Origin: Bigelowiella natans CCMP2755
Taxonomy: Eukaryota; Protista; Cercozoa
DNA length: 64,000 nucleotides
Reading direction: 5' to 3'
NCBI GenBank assembly: GCA_000320545.1
Contig: ADNK01001197.1
Location: 186,001 to 250,000 of the forward strand
The notes under the pieces are model-generated. The model had not been told where the DNA came from, searched no databases, and was given only the letters and a program-made list of their open reading frames with translations. Within the stretch, counting starts at the first letter, position 1; every line of letters starts with the position of its first letter. Positions 36,001 through 51,336 of this stretch are shown piece after piece. The position numbers and the translations under genes are program-made.

Positions 36001-38708
36001 TTTAAGGAGACTTTGTTCTTTTTTTCCATTCGGCACATGGTAGGATGTTGTGCAAGTATTTTGACAAGTGAGGATTTCTCGCTGAAGCTCCATGGAACTC
36101 TTCCCGGCTGTGAGGGAGGAATGTTACCACAGAGAAGAGCTCTGGATAACGTACGCTTACCGAATCTTTCATCGTCTTTATTGGAAGGAATCTTCACCCA
36201 AGCTTCAAAACTATGAGGCCGTGCATCCCACTCTTTAACCCCTTGAGCACACTTCACACCGAAGTAGAAATTATCATCGGAACAAGACATTATGGCAGAA
36301 TTAGAGGAGGAGGATCCTAACCCTTTAGCTGTAGTTCCAAACAAATTAACAGATTTAATTTTGGTATTGTCGGCAATCAGAACATCTGTACTAATCGAGT
36401 AGCTTGTGCTATGAATGCACTTGCCAGTTTTAATAACCATCCCACTATTTTTGGGTATTTTCAAGGATTTGCCGGCTGCCATATCCGAAAACAACATGTT
36501 GCTAGGTTGTGGTTTCACGATAGCATCGAGACCCACACTACCATTCCTATCATGGGCAATCTCAATTAACGATGACCCAGATATTACATCCTTTGCTCGT
36601 GCAAGAGAAGTCATATCAGACTCTACAAATTGCAGCCCTGAAGCAGAAAGCTTAGCAATTTGCGAAGACTTGAGTTCGGTATTCCATATAGCAAATTCCC
36701 TGCACACGCCTTCAAAACCACCACCAGTAACAAAACCAATTTTGAGGCTGCTGTTGCTATTGTCTTTGTTCTTCAGTATTGCAGGATCAACAACATACAC
36801 GCCTAATATCTTCCCATTAAGAAAGGCCGATATCTTGCCAGTATGACTGCATAAGGTAGCCACGATGTTTAAAATTTTCCTCACATTGCTGCTATTATTC
36901 TTCTTATTATTCGAATTCACCTCCTCCTCCCCATGGTAGTATGGGGCTGTTTTTTTAAACATGATTTTACCATTACAAGTCACTACAATATGCTTGCCGT
37001 CAAGAGACAAAGCAAAAAAAGCTGCAGCTGCTGCTTTTGATGATAGGATTTCAGGTGTTGTTCTTTTATGTTCTTCTGAAGCGACCCTTCCATTCTCACT
37101 AATACTGTTAGCTAGACAAAAGGATAGTAAGCAGTCCGCTCTAGGAGTGCATGATGCCGCTTCTGCTTCTGCTGCTGCTGCTGATGATGATGATCCAGAA
37201 TCTGGTAGCACAGAGATAGATACTGAAATGCCGTTCGATGATAGTTGGTATGTTGGTTGTAGATTTGCGGTGGTTTTCTTGGTGAATTTGATACCAAGTG
37301 CCGTGTTAGACACCTGATGATTAAAAACTACCACCTTATTGGTATTCCCCATAAAATCAGGAAGTATCCGTGATCTCCATGTCAACATGGATCTCACTGA
37401 AGGGTGCGCTTTTATTTCAGTCTTTTCATCTAACTTGAATGTTTCAAGTCCTGGCAGCTCGCTCACTTGAGGAAAGACATACACTTGTGCGAACGCCCTA
37501 ATGTTCACTCTTTCATACCCAGGGATTGTTGTTCTTGTTGAGATAATACTTTCAAAATTCCCGCTGCTTTTGCATGGTTTTGAATGAAAATAAGCTGGAA
37601 TTGTTCCTGGATGTGGCCATGAGTACCCAAAAAATCTTACCAACACATTTTGTTTCGTATCTTTCAAAGAGGAATAAGCATCGTCATCGACGTCGTCGTG
37701 TCCCTCCTCCTCCTTACGTATCGCTCTCACATCGATCTTCTTGTGTGGTTTATGTTTGATACAAACAGACAAGATAGCTTTTTGACGACGACGGCTACTA
37801 TGACGACTTGATACATGATTATTGCTGCTTTTACGATCATTGGTACAAGTAGCAGTAGTAGTAGTAGTAGTTGTGGGAATGTCAAAGAAACGCCCAAAGA
37901 AGTAATCAGGGTATGAGGGTAAGTCGGAGTAGGGATCATCAAGTTTCCATCGTAAAGCCATGGGTATTTTTGAAAGAGGTCTTGGTTGATCGGATTCCAA
38001 GATCAACACGCATCTATCTGAACCAGAGATGCTTACAGCTGCTTTTGTAACACTTTTACGTAGACATTTCATCAAGTATGAGAGCGACGACTTCCTCTCC
38101 TTGCTTTTGTTGTCGTCACCTTCTCCTCCTCCTCCTCCTCCTCCTCCTCCTTTATTTTCATCACTGGAGAACGCCCACACGTGGAAAAGCCCTTGGTCGG
38201 TAAGCACAACACCAAAAGTTTCCATGCAAGCAACGTAGCATCCCTTGCCTGAAATGTTAGCAGGAATATCCACCTGTTTTATGTCTACAGCACCTTCTAA
38301 TCCTCCTCCTCTTTTGTAGCAATAAAATACTTCTCCCATTCTATTTAACCAAACAACATGGTCTCCCTTTACAGAGAACATCACAACTCCTCGTTTGATT
38401 ATTTGCTTTGGAAATGGGCTGATTCTTGAACCCCACAAATACATAGCACCAAGCCTGTCCAGCCCCGCGACAATACCTGTACCTCCTTCAATTCTCACGA
38501 AACCAACATCTGGAAGGCCTTTCCGAAGCCTTCTGGGGTATTCAATCACTTTTTCACTACTATGGGAATCTACTCCTGATTCTCCATTCGAGTTTTCTCC
38601 CCAAGCGTAAACCGTGTTTTTAATGGTGAAACAAAAGCTTGTACAAGCAGCTGCCCCTACTTGAACGACCTTTTCCATTGTTGTTGTTGATGATGATGAC
38701 GATGATGG

Positions 38709-38741
<33 letters not shown>

Positions 38742-40097
38742 CCACTTCTTTTCCTCACCGAAATGCCCTATCTTAACTGGGAATCCTGTGCACTTCTTAG
38801 GATAATTTCCAAGCTGAGACCTACTATTATCACCAAACCCAAAGATTTGTCCCCCAGACGTTGCATATATTGTGTGGTTTTGACCGGTAGCGACACTCGT
38901 CACAATAAGTCTCCCAATTCCTTCTAATCTCTGCCTCTTGGTTCCAAACACAAGCGAATAACTCTCACTCGAAACCAAATGCCCATTCCCTAATTCGCCC
39001 GATGTTGCTGTGCCTCCCATAAACAAATCACCATTTTTGGTTAAAATAGCGTAAAATCCACAGCCTGAACTAATGTAAGATACTTGAGAAATATCAATTG
39101 ATTCTAAGAAACCCTTGAAGGAAACTGAATTGGTCTCCCACATCATTGATTCTTTAGCCGTAGTAGTACGGCCACTATGAGAAATCAAAACCAGATTGGT
39201 AGGACATTGAACATCAAACGGTGCTCCTATAGACACATCATATGCAGGTGGATGCGGAGTAATAGCTGAACTTTTGCCAAAAAGCAGGATATCTTGGGGT
39301 ACTTCAATTATGGTAATTGGTTTCATTAACCGAAGTTTAGCCTCACCTTGTACGCAAACAAAGACATGTAAAGGATTGTCAAGAGTCACAACGAATGGCA
39401 TTTGCGTTTCTGCGCATTGTTTTCCTATTACATTGAATTGGACACATTTCTCATCACTGAGATTAAATTTCAAAATGATTGAGTCTCCTTGAGAGAATTT
39501 GGGTCCCTCATATTCTTTCACTTCTTTGCCCAACTTTATACTACCAGAATTCGAAAAGCTAACGATGTTATCTAGTTCATCTAGGTTTTTATCTTGATTC
39601 AGTAAGTCGCAGCCGATACCAATCACTATTTTTTCCCCCGTAAATTCTTCAAGACTTAGCCCCCAAGTCCAGTGCCCTTTGGTAAATGCCCGTGTCAACA
39701 CTGCACTTTTCGACTCATCAGCTTCACATACTAGCATTACGCCCATGTAGTCCTCCTCCCCATCACATGAATCTTTAATTATACTGGAGGATTCAGTGGA
39801 AAACGTCTGCCAAACACCATTATGATTGTCTGTAGAAGAAGAAGGCATGATGCCATTAGTGCCATCATCCTTGCCATCACCATTACCATCACCACCCATC
39901 GATGCCACAGCAACCTCTGGTGGTAGTATACTACTGTTATTGTCTACTAGCCGCCGGGCCATAACTTTAGCGAGAGTCTCTTCTGACAAGACCGAAGCCA
40001 TCGAGCATTGGGAGGCTGAGAGCATTATGGCCTCCAAATCCTCTACACTCTCTCGAGTAGTAGTGTTGTTATTATCAATCTTCGTCGTAGTGTGCGA

Positions 40098-40134
<37 letters not shown>

Positions 40135-43100
40135 AACCCCAAACGCACTAATCTTCCAGCTAATTGCTGAAACTCGGGTTGTTGAAGGAAAATACGGGAA
40201 AGAACCTTCCGTGAGAGTAAACCTCTCAGGGCTTTGAGACACATGCGTTTCATTAGACGAAATAAGTTTTGGCCAGGATGGTCGGGATCAAAATATTCCG
40301 AACCATTCGAGGGCGCTGCTTTTAGTCGTATATCTCCCTCATCTTTTCTTCGAGGAGAAAGGGAAAATTTGGCAATGTGAGCAAGTATTTCCCGATGACC
40401 GAGGAGTTTATGATACGCCAAACTAACATCAGTAATTCTCTTAAAACTAGTGGTAATATCATGGATCCGGACAATGCTGTCGCTATCAAGCCTCACATCC
40501 ACGAAGGTTACCAACCGCTGCTTATGGTCGCCTTCTTTGTCTCCCCCCCTTAGCTTCTTATACTCATCACGATATCTTTCCTTTGCCTCAGAAATGGTTA
40601 CAATTTTGAGTATTGTACCCTCTTCGCCTCCTGTGTATCCCCCCTCTATAGCTTCAGCAGGTGCCATACTGCCATTACCCTCTTCTCCTCCTCCTCCTCC
40701 TCCTCCTCCTCCTTTAGAATTCACCTTAAGCATCTTCACACGGGTACCTTCTTGCAATGGAGGGATTCCTCCTTCTAAGACATCTAACGAAGCCAAAACC
40801 AGATACGCTTTGCTTAAAAGCTTTCTCCCTTTGGAAGAACGTTTTAGAAGGGTCCAAACGCCGTTTTGAAAGTCAGGATCTGAAAGGATCTCCAGAGATT
40901 CTCCAATAATCTGGGCCGTTATTGAACTCCAACTAATAGATACAGCCACGTAATAGATATCAAAATAATAATGTTATTATATTTCGTGATCCCTTATTTC
41001 ATCAAAAAATAGCTAAATGTATCAAATCACCGTGATTTAAATTTACATTCATTTGGTTGCAAAAAGTATGTAGATTGGCTGCAAACATTGATTTATTTAT
41101 AATGCAGTGAATATCAGTCATTTATATTACTTCTTTGAGTTTTAGACTACTTCTTATATCGAGAAAACAACATAGATACTACCTTTCCGATTTTCCACTG
41201 TTTCCTCCCTTCAGCAAGCTCTTGAGAATCTCTACGAGGACCCACGACTTTCCAAGGGATTCTCCAGAGAACATTTCTACGATTGAATCAATAGATGATA
41301 CGTCCACCTGATTATTTTTATTGTCATAGTCACCGTCTTCGTCTTTATTCTGCATGTTGCTGTGATGGGCTGCACAACGATACAAATCTTTGGCAGGTGA
41401 TATCCTTGCTATGGCGCTCCCTGCTTGCGCAAATAGTTTTCTTACTAGCTCAGGAGACGGTTCTGAGAAACGCAAAATCTTTCCCAAAAGTCTAGCTGCA
41501 AGATGCCGTATCTTGGCAGCTGATGGTGTATATTTAGTTCCTAGTAGTTTCATAGAGATTTCAATCCATCCGGATCGAGCAAGGAGTTTGGCAGCCTCAG
41601 AGGACATACATGCACACCTTAAAGCCACCCAAAGGGTTTGTAATAGATACACGTGAATCTCCCCTAAGCTTGGTGAATACATTCTCACATGACATTCCCT
41701 TGCGGCATCGCCATAAAGTGCCTTTTGCGCAAACATCCAGACAGAATCATATTCTGACAAATGAGCGTATCGGGCTTGTAAACCCCACCATTTTTGCTCC
41801 TCTTCAGAAGTTTGGAATGCAAAATCTCTTCCTCCATCATCACTGTCTGCAGCGTCTTTATTTTTATAAAGTTTCCCGTATATCTCTATACCTCCTAGAA
41901 CCATCTCCCACTTGTCCTCCCAGTTGGGAGCAGTGAGTTTGATTCGGATTGCATTTACCACAGGGTGGGGCACGTTAGTATCAACCATCCACGTGCTAGT
42001 ACAGTGGTCACCCCTTCGAAGCTCACCAGATTGCTTAACTTGATGCAACGTCTCCCATGAACAACTACTACCGCTACTATCACTTGCTGTTTTGTTACTA
42101 CCTGGGGCCGACTCCACTACTTTTCCCTGTAGTACCCATGACTTCATCGCGGTATTGACACCTTTGCCGTGCATTAATGTGTAATTTGATACTCTTAGGT
42201 AAAACTCACAAAACTGTAGTTCAATCCAAGTATCTTTCTTGATTTTTCCTTCGTATATTTTCACGTTAGCCGATGGAATCTTTTTACTGCCAACAAATCT
42301 ATTCAGTAAGTCTTTGATGTCTGTTCCGTCGTCATTCTCATTACAGTGAGTATTGGACAAAGGAAGTTGATTTGTTTGAGTTGTTTCGGTCACCATGGCC
42401 GATAGCAATGGTTGTCTTCTTCCTGCTTCGATAGGAGGAGTGGTGTTTAAGAGTAGTGGGGATCTAGCTCTGGCAATTATCGTTGATGATGATGCTGCTG
42501 CTGCCGCTGCTGCTTTTGAATCATTCGCACCGTGAATGTTTCCTTTGATGCTGCTGCGGCTAGAGTATCTTCCACCACCACCACCACCACCAGACACAGA
42601 TATTTGAACTCGAGCACCTTTGCTACTACTACCCAATGAGGGGTTTATAATAACCGCTGCTCCAAGATTATCGTCGTCGTTTTCGTCATCGATCACTTCT
42701 TTCCGCGGTTGCTTAGTACCCAGAAAATAAAGAATTCCATTCCGATCAAAGTCAGTCTTATAGGTGAAAATTTTGCCTGTGTTGGAATTTAAGTCTAGGG
42801 ATTTCGATCGGCTCAATTGAGGTAGTAATGGAGGCGGGGATTCAAGGTGCTGTTCTTCCTCCTCTTCTTCTTCTTTCAGAGATGCTGCTGCTGCGGATGA
42901 TCCGTGGTGCTCTGCATGATTAGTGCTGACATTATCATCCTCTTCAATTAGAGAGAGAACATCACTGATATGAAGTTTTAGAGGCAAGAGCAGATTTGAG
43001 AGAAATTGCGGGTATTTGGTATAATTTTGAGAAGCCACGTAACAAAAGAATCGATACAATGCCCAAGATCCGTAACGAACAGCAAAGCCTGGATCCCTTC

Positions 43101-45829
43101 CACGATTAATAACACCGATGTTTCGCCATGCTTTTTTTACATTCGAAGACAGATGGGAAGGAGGGTCTAAAGTACATGGAAAGGAAATCGAGGGAAGTAA
43201 CACTGTCGCAATCGCACTAGATAGAAGTGATATAGGCTTCATATCATGCTCTGACATCTCAATATTCAGGATATCAATAAGACTAAGGGCCAACAACGAT
43301 GCCGATGATAATGATGTTGAAGAGGAAGTTGGTGATATCGATGATAGATTTTGTGTTAAGGAACCTACCAATTCATAATAGGTTTGGCGTACGTGCTCGA
43401 CCATAAAAGTGCCTGCATACTGAATGTCTGAGGCATAATGACTTGGTCTGCTGCTTTCGCTCATGCTTGATACGTCTACCGCTGTTGCTACTGCTGCTGC
43501 TGTTGCAAATGATTGAAGAGGCGAACAATGCGACACTGTATCCAAAAAACTTCGAGGGATCGCTAACTTCTCTCCGTCCTGTTTTTTATTCTCTCCAGTT
43601 GTTTGTCGTACTACTCCAAAAGCGGTTCCGAGATACGTAAGATAAATACAGTCTATCGGTAAGTCTCGAAGCTGGCCTTTCGGTTCGGCCTCCATCGTTA
43701 CTGAAGCACCTGTGTACAATGAGACGCATGGCTTGTACCTACTACCCTCAAATCCTTTGAAGGCCTCTCCAAACCATGTACCATTGCATCCGAACTCGAG
43801 GGTCCTCTCGTCCATGTCGACTTTCATCTGCAATAAGTCTCCAGACTGGAGAGCCTTGGCACCGACATATTTTTTTGCTTTTTTGCTATTGTGTATCTTA
43901 GACCCCAAACCAGCGATGAATGCAAAGCCTAAATTTGATTTGCCAAGAGGTTCTTGGAGTCGTTCTACAGATTGAGGAAGATCATGCTCTTGATGGATCA
44001 AACTGAACTTCTCGCCAGAGCCATTAACACTAAAGGCAGGATAAAGAACCTTGCCCTTAAGACCAGAGAAAGAGCAGTTCTTATCATCGCTAATTTCAAT
44101 ATCTTCATTACTATTTGGCTTGCCTACTGCCTTACCGTCAACTTCAAACGTTAATGTGCCCCTATCACAATCCAAGATCATCTTGACTGTACCACCTACT
44201 TTTGCCTTAAACCTATCATTCCTTCGGGTATTAATCGAGTCTTCGCCGTCATCAGATGGATATACATGATAATATCCTCCTTCCCTATCGATATCCAGAC
44301 ACCAAGCCTTGCCATCTTCACCGAGTCTATCATCCAAGGAAACGTCTCCCAATGCAACACCCAGACGAGGGTCACCATTATCGTGTCTCTCCCAGCGTAT
44401 TGTCCATGAATGGGTGCCAGAACTATAACCACGATCTGCAATAGCACTCCCATCTCCATTTCCGCTAAATTGTACACCAACACCTTTGTTGTCGTCGCTT
44501 AGTTGGATTTCTCCTCCCGTCATTGTGCGCAGCATCTTGAATTCATTTCTTTTCTTCAATTCAAGGACTGCTTCTCCTTCGATATGAGGGTATATCCCAG
44601 CACATATCCCATAAGAGCTATTGGACTTTGGAAGTTTACCGATTCGAATGTACAAGTTGTGAATACCAGACCCTTCTTCCCATACTACATTTCCTGGTAC
44701 TGTCTTCCATGAATCTCTTCCCTTGTTTTCAGCAACTTTTCCTTTGTTTGATATTACAATATCTTTAGAACAGCTTGTGTTACTGCTGTCCCAAAGAACC
44801 TTTGGCTCGGGTTGAACTGTTTTCATTTCGTATTTATTTTTTCTTACTTCCATTTCGTGGAGTTTATCGAAGATTTCGCTAAAGTATCTGAGCCCTGCGA
44901 CACGTAGAATCGCGCGTTTTTCATGAATTTGAATCAGATTACTCATAGTTACAGTGTCAAATTGGTTTTCAGGGCATGTTATGATTTTGATGATCTCCAT
45001 GGTAATGCTTGGAATTATTTGTTCTTCGTCATTAGGGTTATAAAAGCTTGCTTCTCGTTCTCTTTGCGCCCTTTTGAATAGAGACACCCCCTTCAAGCTA
45101 TTCCGAAGCAAAGCCAATACCTTCTTAGCTTTGTGCCATTTCGAATTCGGTTTTAACGAATAATATCGTGGTTTGGTTGTTGTAGTAGTAGTTGTATTGC
45201 TACTACTTAGTTTGGTAGTACTAATAGAAGGTGCAGCACTAGTTAGTGAGCTTCCTCCTTTTCTCATAAGATCTTGCTTCGTTGTTATAATTGAAATACT
45301 TCTCTTCGTTTCATCGTCGCAAAGAGAGAGTAATTCGATGGGTTTTGGTACCAAGCTACTCGGTTTAAGTGACAACAAGAATTCCAAACGCCTCTGTACC
45401 TGTTGGTGAAATGCATTCACATCGCCCCCTCCACCTTTAACCCTAATTAAAGGGGATTTTATTGCCCCAGCACGGCGCCAAACAGAAGCAAGTACTGCTA
45501 TAGCCTTTCGATTATAGGTTCGTTTCGTAGACAGTTTTGCTGCAACTGTGTCTAGACGTGTGTGCTTTAGCATTGTTGCAAATATAACTAATACGAGTGA
45601 CTCATAGATATTTTTCACGCTTTTCGGTAAACGGACCCTCCTCCTTCCACCCAGTGACTTAATACTCTCAATGAATCTCTTAATAGCTGGGTCCTCTTCT
45701 CCACTGATAATCTTGGCTATAAACTCATCGCCAATGCTGCTGGCATTATGTTTTTTATCCTGGATGCTGCTACTTTGTGATTTAGATTGGGTTATTTCAA
45801 GCACACCTTGCTGCTGCTGCTGCTGATGC

Positions 45830-45865
<36 letters not shown>

Positions 45866-46999
45866 CGCTGATGTTGCTGGGAAATCTCCATTTCTGGGAT
45901 ATCTATTCTCATGCCTCCTAATAGAACTTCAGAGTTGAGAATTTGATTTGCTTCTGTTGGCAAACCAATTTCTAATTTGTTCAAAGGTGTGGATCTAGTG
46001 ATGGAAAGTGACAAGACACCAAGTGTGTGTGCCAACGTTCCTACAAAAACGTTTCTTGTCCAATCTAAAGCTGCTACATCAGGTGGTAAAACAACATGCG
46101 ACTCCATCACTTTTGGAAATGGTAATAAAGCCTCCTTCTTGACGGTGTTGGCGTCGCTCTCGTCTCTATTATCTTCACCGTTTGACTCACCAAGTATTTT
46201 AGCATGGACGAGTGGAAAATGCTGACAAGCTACAAGTGACAGCGATGTGCCCAACTTTACCGATGATACCTAGCAGCAGCAACAACAAAAGGGTGTGTGT
46301 TGTAGTCGTTATTTTAGGAGTAGACATTACTGTTTCAAGTATCTCTATCCCAGAAGCAGCAGAAGCAGCAGCAAACAGCATAAAAAGAGAAAGCATGTTG
46401 TAGTATGTGATTGTACTTCGAAGAGGAAAGTTTCTCCTACCCTCATAATTATTTGTTTTTAGTAGTAATAGTATTGTGAAGAAGAGGAGGAGGAGGATAA
46501 AGTATATTATATCTGACATTACTATTGGTGATATTGGTGGTGAAAGCTGTAAAGATAGCTTTTCGCTCACTTTCTTGCAAAAATTGCTTGCTCGAGAACA
46601 ATATCATCTGGGATTCATTCTCCATCAATGAAGTCAGTTAAGACGACTTTGTATGTATGAATCCCCGATGATTTGTAACTACTATAACGATTAACACGTC
46701 TCCGTGGAAGATTTGAAAATGATGCAATCTCCATTTATCCTTATTTTTTTGAGAAATAGTAGTTGATGCCACATGAGCAACAGAAAACACATGTGAGAAC
46801 ATACACGAGACGACGACGGGAAAATTGTTGAACTATTTGATATATTAGCAATTAGCAATTATTATTATGATCTAACAAGTAGTACTACCTTATCAGAGCT
46901 TATAGTAGTTTCTACCAGGCTCCGATGTACACATCTAATAGCATCTATCGAAGGTGCTCTGCTCATCAGCATCCTTCCCCCTTCTGCTACTGCTGCTGC

Positions 47000-47031
<32 letters not shown>

Positions 47032-48778
47032 CCGCCTTACACACTAAACCAAGTGCTACGAATTCTTGTGACGGTGGTACAGGTTGCCATAATACCATCT
47101 CATTGCCTTTTTCTTCCTGATAGCTTCCAACTTTACGATATCTTATTGGCTTTGGAAGAAGACTTGCCATTCTTTTTGGATTTGAAACATTTTGAACCTC
47201 TATATAATACCCGAACTCTGTTTGTTTTCCCTTCTTCGTAACCAACTCCGTAGTATTATTTCCAGCATCATTGTCATGTTCCTTGATAATTTCCTCTTTC
47301 TCCTTCTTCTTCTTATCATTTGACGTGGTCCCATCCTTCGATTTGTCACCATCGTCTATTGTAGCAGCCGTCATCTTGTGGTCCTTCTCCTCCTTGGTTT
47401 GCTCCTTCGTTTCCTCCTCCTCCCCCTCCTCTATTTTTTCACCCGTCTTCTTATTCTTGTTTTTCTTCTTCTCTTCTTCCTCATGTTGCTGTCTTTTGAC
47501 TTCTGCAGATGATGATCCGCTTACTAACGTGTCCCCTATGGGGAAACGAAGAGTGTACGTCGTTTTGTTCTTCTTATTTCCTCGCTTATACTCTGCTTGC
47601 TCACCTCCCTCCTTTCTTTCTCCATATTCAAAGATACTATCTTTTAGACGCCATATGCTTCCTGTATCGTGGTCCTTTGGACTCCAAATCTTCCTCACAT
47701 CTGAGCTCCTTTTAATCCGCAAAATAACTTTTTCCTACGATGATGATGAACAATAACATAGATTACTACCAGTACTTTTTCACAACTCAGGACATTATCA
47801 TCATCATCATCATCATCAAAAGGTTACGAATGATGTGGAGGAATGTAATCTCATCACCTCAAGTTTTACGTTATCAAATCTGGTTTTGCAACACTTAACC
47901 CTGATGGGTAAATAGCTCTCGTTCAGCCTTATCAAATCTCCAATGACTTGCATACAAAGTTCTGGATATCCTGTGGAAAAGTAAAGAGGTAGGGATCCAA
48001 GGACTTCTTGCATAGCGAGACCAAGCAATGACTCCTTGAGCACTTCGCAAACATCACATAGCTCATTGTAGCTTTCAACTGAGTCTAAGCGGGCTGAAAA
48101 TGCCTTCATGAGCTGTTGGCAATATTTGGTCAGAAGCCGTAAAAATCTCATTAGTGCTTTAGAGTAGTAGTAAAGGTTGGTGCTGCAGCTGGTACTGTCG
48201 GTGCTACTACTGTTGCTCTTGTTCTTCTCTTCCAATTCACCATGTTGATAATGATGATGATGTTCCAATACATTTTCCTCTTCTTTGATGGTGGTGGTGG
48301 TGGTGGTGGCATCTCCCTTTTGCGGGTGATGTGGATGATGAGGAGAATACGACAAAATCAACCGATGAGATAGACCTCTTGCGAAAAGGTGTCTTGAGAA
48401 ATTTAGTATGGAACGTGACAGAAGTTGTACTCGATCAGATGGGGGGATAATACTGTTCGCCTCTCCTCCTCCTCCTCCTGGTGTGTGAAGCTCCCTTCTC
48501 CTCCCCCCCTCTAATTTGCGCAGTGATATGGTCTGGTGTGCAGAAAGCATTTTATCTACACATGCGAATAGAGCGTCCAAGTTTGTATGGCTATCCTTAG
48601 GATTCTCTACATCATCAAATACAGAACTTACTGCCTCAAAATTGGCCATTGTGCTAAAATACCAATAAGCAACTTGGTGATCATACTCTTCTAGAGCTTT
48701 CAAGAGGGATATGCGTTGACTCATACTAGGTGCTAAAAAAATAAGACACTCTTGGAAGGTTGAAATTACTGAACTGTG

Positions 48779-48811
<33 letters not shown>

Positions 48812-49215
48812 TTTATTGCCTATTATTTCTTTTCTACAGCTTTTGTTCTTAAGTATTTCAAGCAATATATTCGTCAATCGCTCTTGAATGATTTTTGGGG
48901 CCTTTATTTCAAATTTGATCATAACCTAACCACGAGTACACAAGTATTATTTCAGCACATTATAGTCGCAAATTTAGAGATGATGATGATGATGATAGTG
49001 ATGATGATGATGATAATCAAGTTTACTATTTTACCGGAATGTGAGAGCGGAGGAGCGAAAGTATATGCATTATTCCTTCAAAGTTGTTGTATGATACAGA
49101 TAGTTCCAGAGCTTCTATCATCGCCATAATCGTTTTGGATGTGGGTTCCAGTTGCAATGGGGACATGGGAACACCCCGTGCAGGAGCAGCAGCAGCAGCA
49201 GATAATGGGTATGAC

Positions 49216-49252
<37 letters not shown>

Positions 49253-49492
49253 CCTCTATGTAGAATGCTGACGGTGACTCAATGTGGTACTGATGCATTA
49301 AATGATTTGATGTTTCCTTAATTTCCCCATCGGAAAGCAGTCTTTCGTATACGAGAAATCGTGCAATCTCTACCTTCGATTCCCTAAAAAAAATACCAAA
49401 GAATGGACAACAGAATAACATTATTTAATCTTTTTCCTTCGGTTTCTTCTTCTTCTTCTTTTTCTTCTTCTTCTTCTTCTCCTCATCATCAC

Positions 49493-49526
<34 letters not shown>

Positions 49527-49883
49527 GAAGGAGGAGTAGGAGAAGGAGAAGGGTGATTACTGGAGATATAACTCACCCTTGAATCTTGTTTTGTAAACCA
49601 ATGAGTGGGTGGGAGATGATGTTGGTTGAGGACATCTTCGTTACCAACACACCGTTAACGAAGTAACTAAATAAGTAGTAGTAATAGTATGGAACATGAT
49701 GATCATCATAGTTGGACATTCAATATGAAGTAATACCCAGGTGAGAGTAGAAGAAGAAGTGAAAAGTACTAGTTGAAATATAATGGTGGGGGTGATACTG
49801 ATGATGATACTCATGATGATGTGGTGCTCGGATTCTCTTCTTTCTCTCATCGATATTATAGGAAGTGTACAATGATTGTGTTT

Positions 49884-49928
<45 letters not shown>

Positions 49929-51291
49929 AATTCGCCTACCCACAATCTAGTAATACTACTACTCCAGCGGTTTACAATGATGAGAGTTATTACTACTCTC
50001 GTCAACCTCTCATCATCATCAACAACAACAACAACAACATATGTATTATCTATCTGCTTGTACTATTTATGTGTTTGTTCTTTGTCCATGATATCTTCTT
50101 CATACTTCTACTCATCATAATCATCATGATCTTCTCATCATTGTATTGTCTATCATCACAATAAATTCAGTTACTCACGCACTCTCACCCATCATGGAGG
50201 AAGACGAAGAAGAAATAGTGGTATTTGTATCATCCTTTCCTCGTATATTTTTTTGCTGATGCTAGTTACTACTGCTGTCCCTCCTTCTTCCTCATGTATT
50301 CTTACCTCAACTCAAACAAGTTACTGTTTCCTCGATCATTGTTTTTCTTCCGCCACCTTATCACTTGACAGCTAAAGTGCTTCTCTTGACGTTGTAGAGA
50401 CGCGGCAGGAAAGAGCACTGAATCAATCAATTATTCAATCAATCAATCAATAAAGACATGGTCGTCGTTTCGAGAAGAAAAAGAAGAAGAAGAAGAAGAA
50501 GATGATGATGATGAAGGTAACGTTGGGAGAGGATATTCGTAGTAGCAATGCAATATAGTCGATAAAAAATGCGAAAAATACAATGGATTTATAAGGCAAA
50601 CATTATCATTTTACTATTAGGATTGTCATTATGATTGTTATTATCATTATTGTTTCATCATTATCATTTTCGAAGCAAAGACGCACTTCCTGCAAGTTGT
50701 AAATTAAGAGAATCCTTCTTGTAGTAAATTCCAGACGATGATTTTGAGGATGGAGTCCCACTACTACTACTACTACTACTACTATCGTCCATATTCATCA
50801 AACTAAATAAACCACCGATAGTAGTAATTACTCTATCAACAATGATCATCGTACAACAATCTCCAAGCTTCTTTTCCAATTTCCCACAGTCTCCACTTAG
50901 AAACCGCATGGCTTTCATGCGCTTCTCCTCTCTAAAATTGGAAACACACGTACTATTTCACTTAATTTGTTTTGGGTTATATTAGTGATACTACGACTAG
51001 AACTTCTACTACTACTACTACTGCTACTACTTTCTTCTATTATGATAGTGATGAGATAATTGCTCTGTTGTCAACTATTAAGCCGACTAAAAAGAGGGAG
51101 AAGGAGAAGGAGGAGGAGGAGGAGGAGGAGGAGGAGGAGGAGTACTTACACGTTCACCAGGCACACCATTGGTCTTCCTACCAACAGGTTGTTTGTCACC
51201 AATCAAATAACATTTACCCATTCATGAGGAGAAGGGGGGGGGTGGGGAAGAGGAGGAGGCAATTCAATCGCTGGTTGCATGAATTACACTA

Positions 51292-51336
<45 letters not shown>

